Source: Utricularia gibba (lineage: Eukaryota; Plantae; Magnoliophyta). From it: DNA of 64,000 nt. Every line of letters starts with the position of its first letter. Position 1 is the first letter of the stretch. This document shows positions 61,661-64,000 of this stretch, one piece after another. Made by a program: the position numbers and the translations under genes. The stretch covers positions 186,001-250,000 of the forward strand of contig NEEC01000018.1 of the NCBI GenBank assembly GCA_002189035.1, in the 5' to 3' direction. Below the pieces are notes generated by a model. The model was not told where the DNA came from, did not search any database, and worked only from the letters and a program-made list of their open reading frames with translations.

Positions 61661-62489
61661 TGATAACACATATTTTTAAGTGATTAAGTACATGAAAAAG
61701 ATTCATACTATGCTACAAAAATTAAGTTTTACTGCCTAATTTTATATTTTTGCGCATAAGTACCGTAATTGTGTTATTTTAGTCTTAGTTGGGTCTAAAT
61801 CACAGATTTACTACGTGAACAATTTGTCTTTTCTACTTCTGTTATGCATTGCTTGTTGTTTAACTTTGAAACTTGAATGTTGCTTAGGATATGCGATGAA
61901 AACGTTTTCCTTTCCCCTATCATGAGTGGCTAAGCACTTAGGGAGTGCCTTAGGGTGAAAGGGGGATAGATGTGCTAATCAATCTTTAGACCTAATCAAC
62001 CATAATTCATGTCACTTCCTTAACAAACTAAGATAGATTCAGGAGGGGGAAGCAATGAAACCTAGCTTAACAACCCTAATTAGAGGTAGACCAAAGATTA
62101 GGGGGAAAACAAGAGTCCGAATAAACCTAGACATTGTGAGTTAGTTGTTTGATTTATTGTTTGCATGAACTTGTTTAGTTATGAGCATACATCCCCCAAG
62201 AGTTCCAAGACATCACCCATTTCATTCCAGGAACAACCGAGTTCATAAAGTTCTTACTTTTCTTTACTATATTTTATCGCAACTCTACCTTAGTCCTAGT
62301 TAAGACCAAATCTACTAACATGACATTGATTGCATGCATGGACTAATCACATGATAAGCACCTGCTCTTCGTGTTCAACCCTAATCACTATGCTCATAAT
62401 TTTTTTATGCTTGAATGTGTGTTAGGTTATAAATTTATTTGATAGGAAGAATTGCAATTTAACGATGTTTCTAAATTTTTCGTTTATCA
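61661..62489 (+). repeat. 3' LTR (829 bp)
   Basis: TGATAA...TTATCA termini. The first ~450 bp are homologous to 58650-59107. Confidence 0.8.
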
Positions 62490-62809
62490 ACATATTGTTT
62501 CCTTTTTTTTATATAAATCTTAAAAATTGGCTCACTTGATCAAATTCTTAGCATGTTAATCTAAAGTATTATTATTATAGCATTATTCTTTATTTTTTTT
62601 AAAATTATAGAATAAATCATACTAACAAAATCATTTCATCTTTTATAGTAACTCATATTTTTTTCATATTCGTTCCAAATCTCTACAGCTTACACTCTAA
62701 CAAATAAATTAAGCCAAATATATCTTGACAATAATATCAATTTGAATCATTTTATTTAGATACTTGAGCACAATCTTAGATTCATTCATACGACTTTAGA
62801 AATTGTTGG

Positions 62810-63958
62810 TGATAGCACATTTTTTTTCAGTAATTTTAAGTTAGGAAAATGACTGTTATCACTATGTAAAACTAAGATTTTGTTAAATATTTGACATTTT
62901 CATGATTAACTGTTTGATTAGGTATTTTATTCTTGATTGGAACTACATCCTACATTTAGCCCCAATCTTTATTCTAATCACTTTCTTTCAACAATGCAAA
63001 TCCAATGAACCTAAAGTATACAGTGGAATCAGCATGAAAAGAGGACAAACGAAAAGAAATAGAAACACCAAATCCCAAAGTTGTAAACAATAGATTTTTG
63101 GAATGGTGGGAGACATAAGAAGGACATACCACTTAGAACAACACAACAATTCTAGAGAGGGGAGTTTTTTGGAAAAAAATCTCAAAAGAAGAACCAGGAA
63201 GAAGGAATGAAGAACGAATTTTACCTTTAAAGCTCACCTTTGGTTAGCGGGAACACAATTCCTAACTTGGAATAGTTTTAGCATTTCGTGTGAACTATTT
63301 ACGATTTCAGTTATTGTTTATTTTGTTGTTTTCAAGTTATAATATAAACATGTTGTGGATTATGTTTTATGTGTTAGTTTTATTTCCTTTCGATATGAGT
63401 GGCTAAATACATGTGATGCCTTGAGGGAGAAAGGAGTGTACATGATTATTGCTTATTAGATTACATTAACTCGATAATCACTTTAATTTCTTATCAAACC
63501 AAAATAGATCTAGAAGTGAAAAGTAGTGATATTGATCATAAGCTACTCTAATTAAATATAGACCAAAGATTATAGGAAAACAAGAGTTTAGGTACACTTG
63601 AACTTTTACTTGTTAGATTAGTGATTGTTAAATTGGATGGGAAAAGTGTAATAATGATCATACCACTCCTAGAAGCCTCAAGGCATTGCATTATCTTATT
63701 TTAGTTAGTAGTCAAATTTACATGTTTATTACTTTGTTGTATTTTATAGTAGACTTGCATTGGTCTTAGCTTTGAGTACATCTTTAACTGTGACAAAATA
63801 CTAAATGCATTCACTTTCACATAGTAAGCATCTTTGTGTTCAACTTTAATCCATTATGCTCGTATTTGTTTCATGATTAAATGTGCATTAGGTTTATAAA
63901 TTTATTTGATAAGAAAAATGTGCATTTTACTGTCGTTTGTAAAATTTTCCATTTATCA
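62810..63958 (+). mobile_element. 5' LTR of a further Athila-type element that continues beyond the window
   Basis: TGATAGCACAT...TTTATCA, homologous to the 61661-62489 LTR and followed by a PBS. Confidence 0.75.
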
Positions 63959-63961
63959 AAT

Positions 63962-63979
63962 TGGCACCATTGACAAGGA
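63962..63979 (+). other. Degenerate Athila-type primer-binding site
   Basis: TGGCACCATTGACAAGGA compared with the typical TGGCGCCGTTGCCGGGGA, 3 nt after the LTR end. Confidence 0.7.
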
Positions 63980-64000
63980 GCGATATTTGATTATCGTATG

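Larger units (their letters stand above)
58650..62489 (+). mobile_element. Heavily deleted Athila-type element with an intact 5-bp TSD (ACATA)
   Basis: Both LTRs start TGATAACACATATT (58650 and 61661) and the 3' LTR ends TTTATCA at 62489. ACATA is at 58645-58649 and 62490-62494. The interior holds a truncated 5' LTR, an RT scrap, a nested LTR and a 3' region. Confidence 0.8.

Overview
Flowering-plant (eudicot-like) nuclear DNA, AT-rich and transposon-dense. The species cannot be determined from the sequence. There are three host genes, all on the minus strand: a RING-H2 E3 ligase (At3g02290-type, 2017-3201), Mediator subunit 18 (13909-15359) and a 24-exon LRR-malectin receptor-like kinase (25465-31620). 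The kinase is intact except for a 1-nt deletion in a G-run in exon 3. Everything else is decayed and nested mobile DNA: a Tat-like relic and related LTRs, a Tekay-like solo LTR flanked by a 275-bp duplication, a full-length short-LTR copia, several Athila-type elements and LTRs, two inverted Angela-like LTRs, a hAT element and a PIF/Harbinger element. The most notable observation is in the PIF/Harbinger element. Between its two canonical genes (DDE transposase and Myb/SANT ORF1) it carries a third, spliced ORF with the motif pattern of the Transposase_28/'putative gypsy-type transposon' domain. A ~172-bp degenerate repeat array and a 19-bp dyad lie upstream of this ORF, an architecture reminiscent of transposon-encoded anti-silencing modules. 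All family assignments are by eye from motifs; no database search was run.
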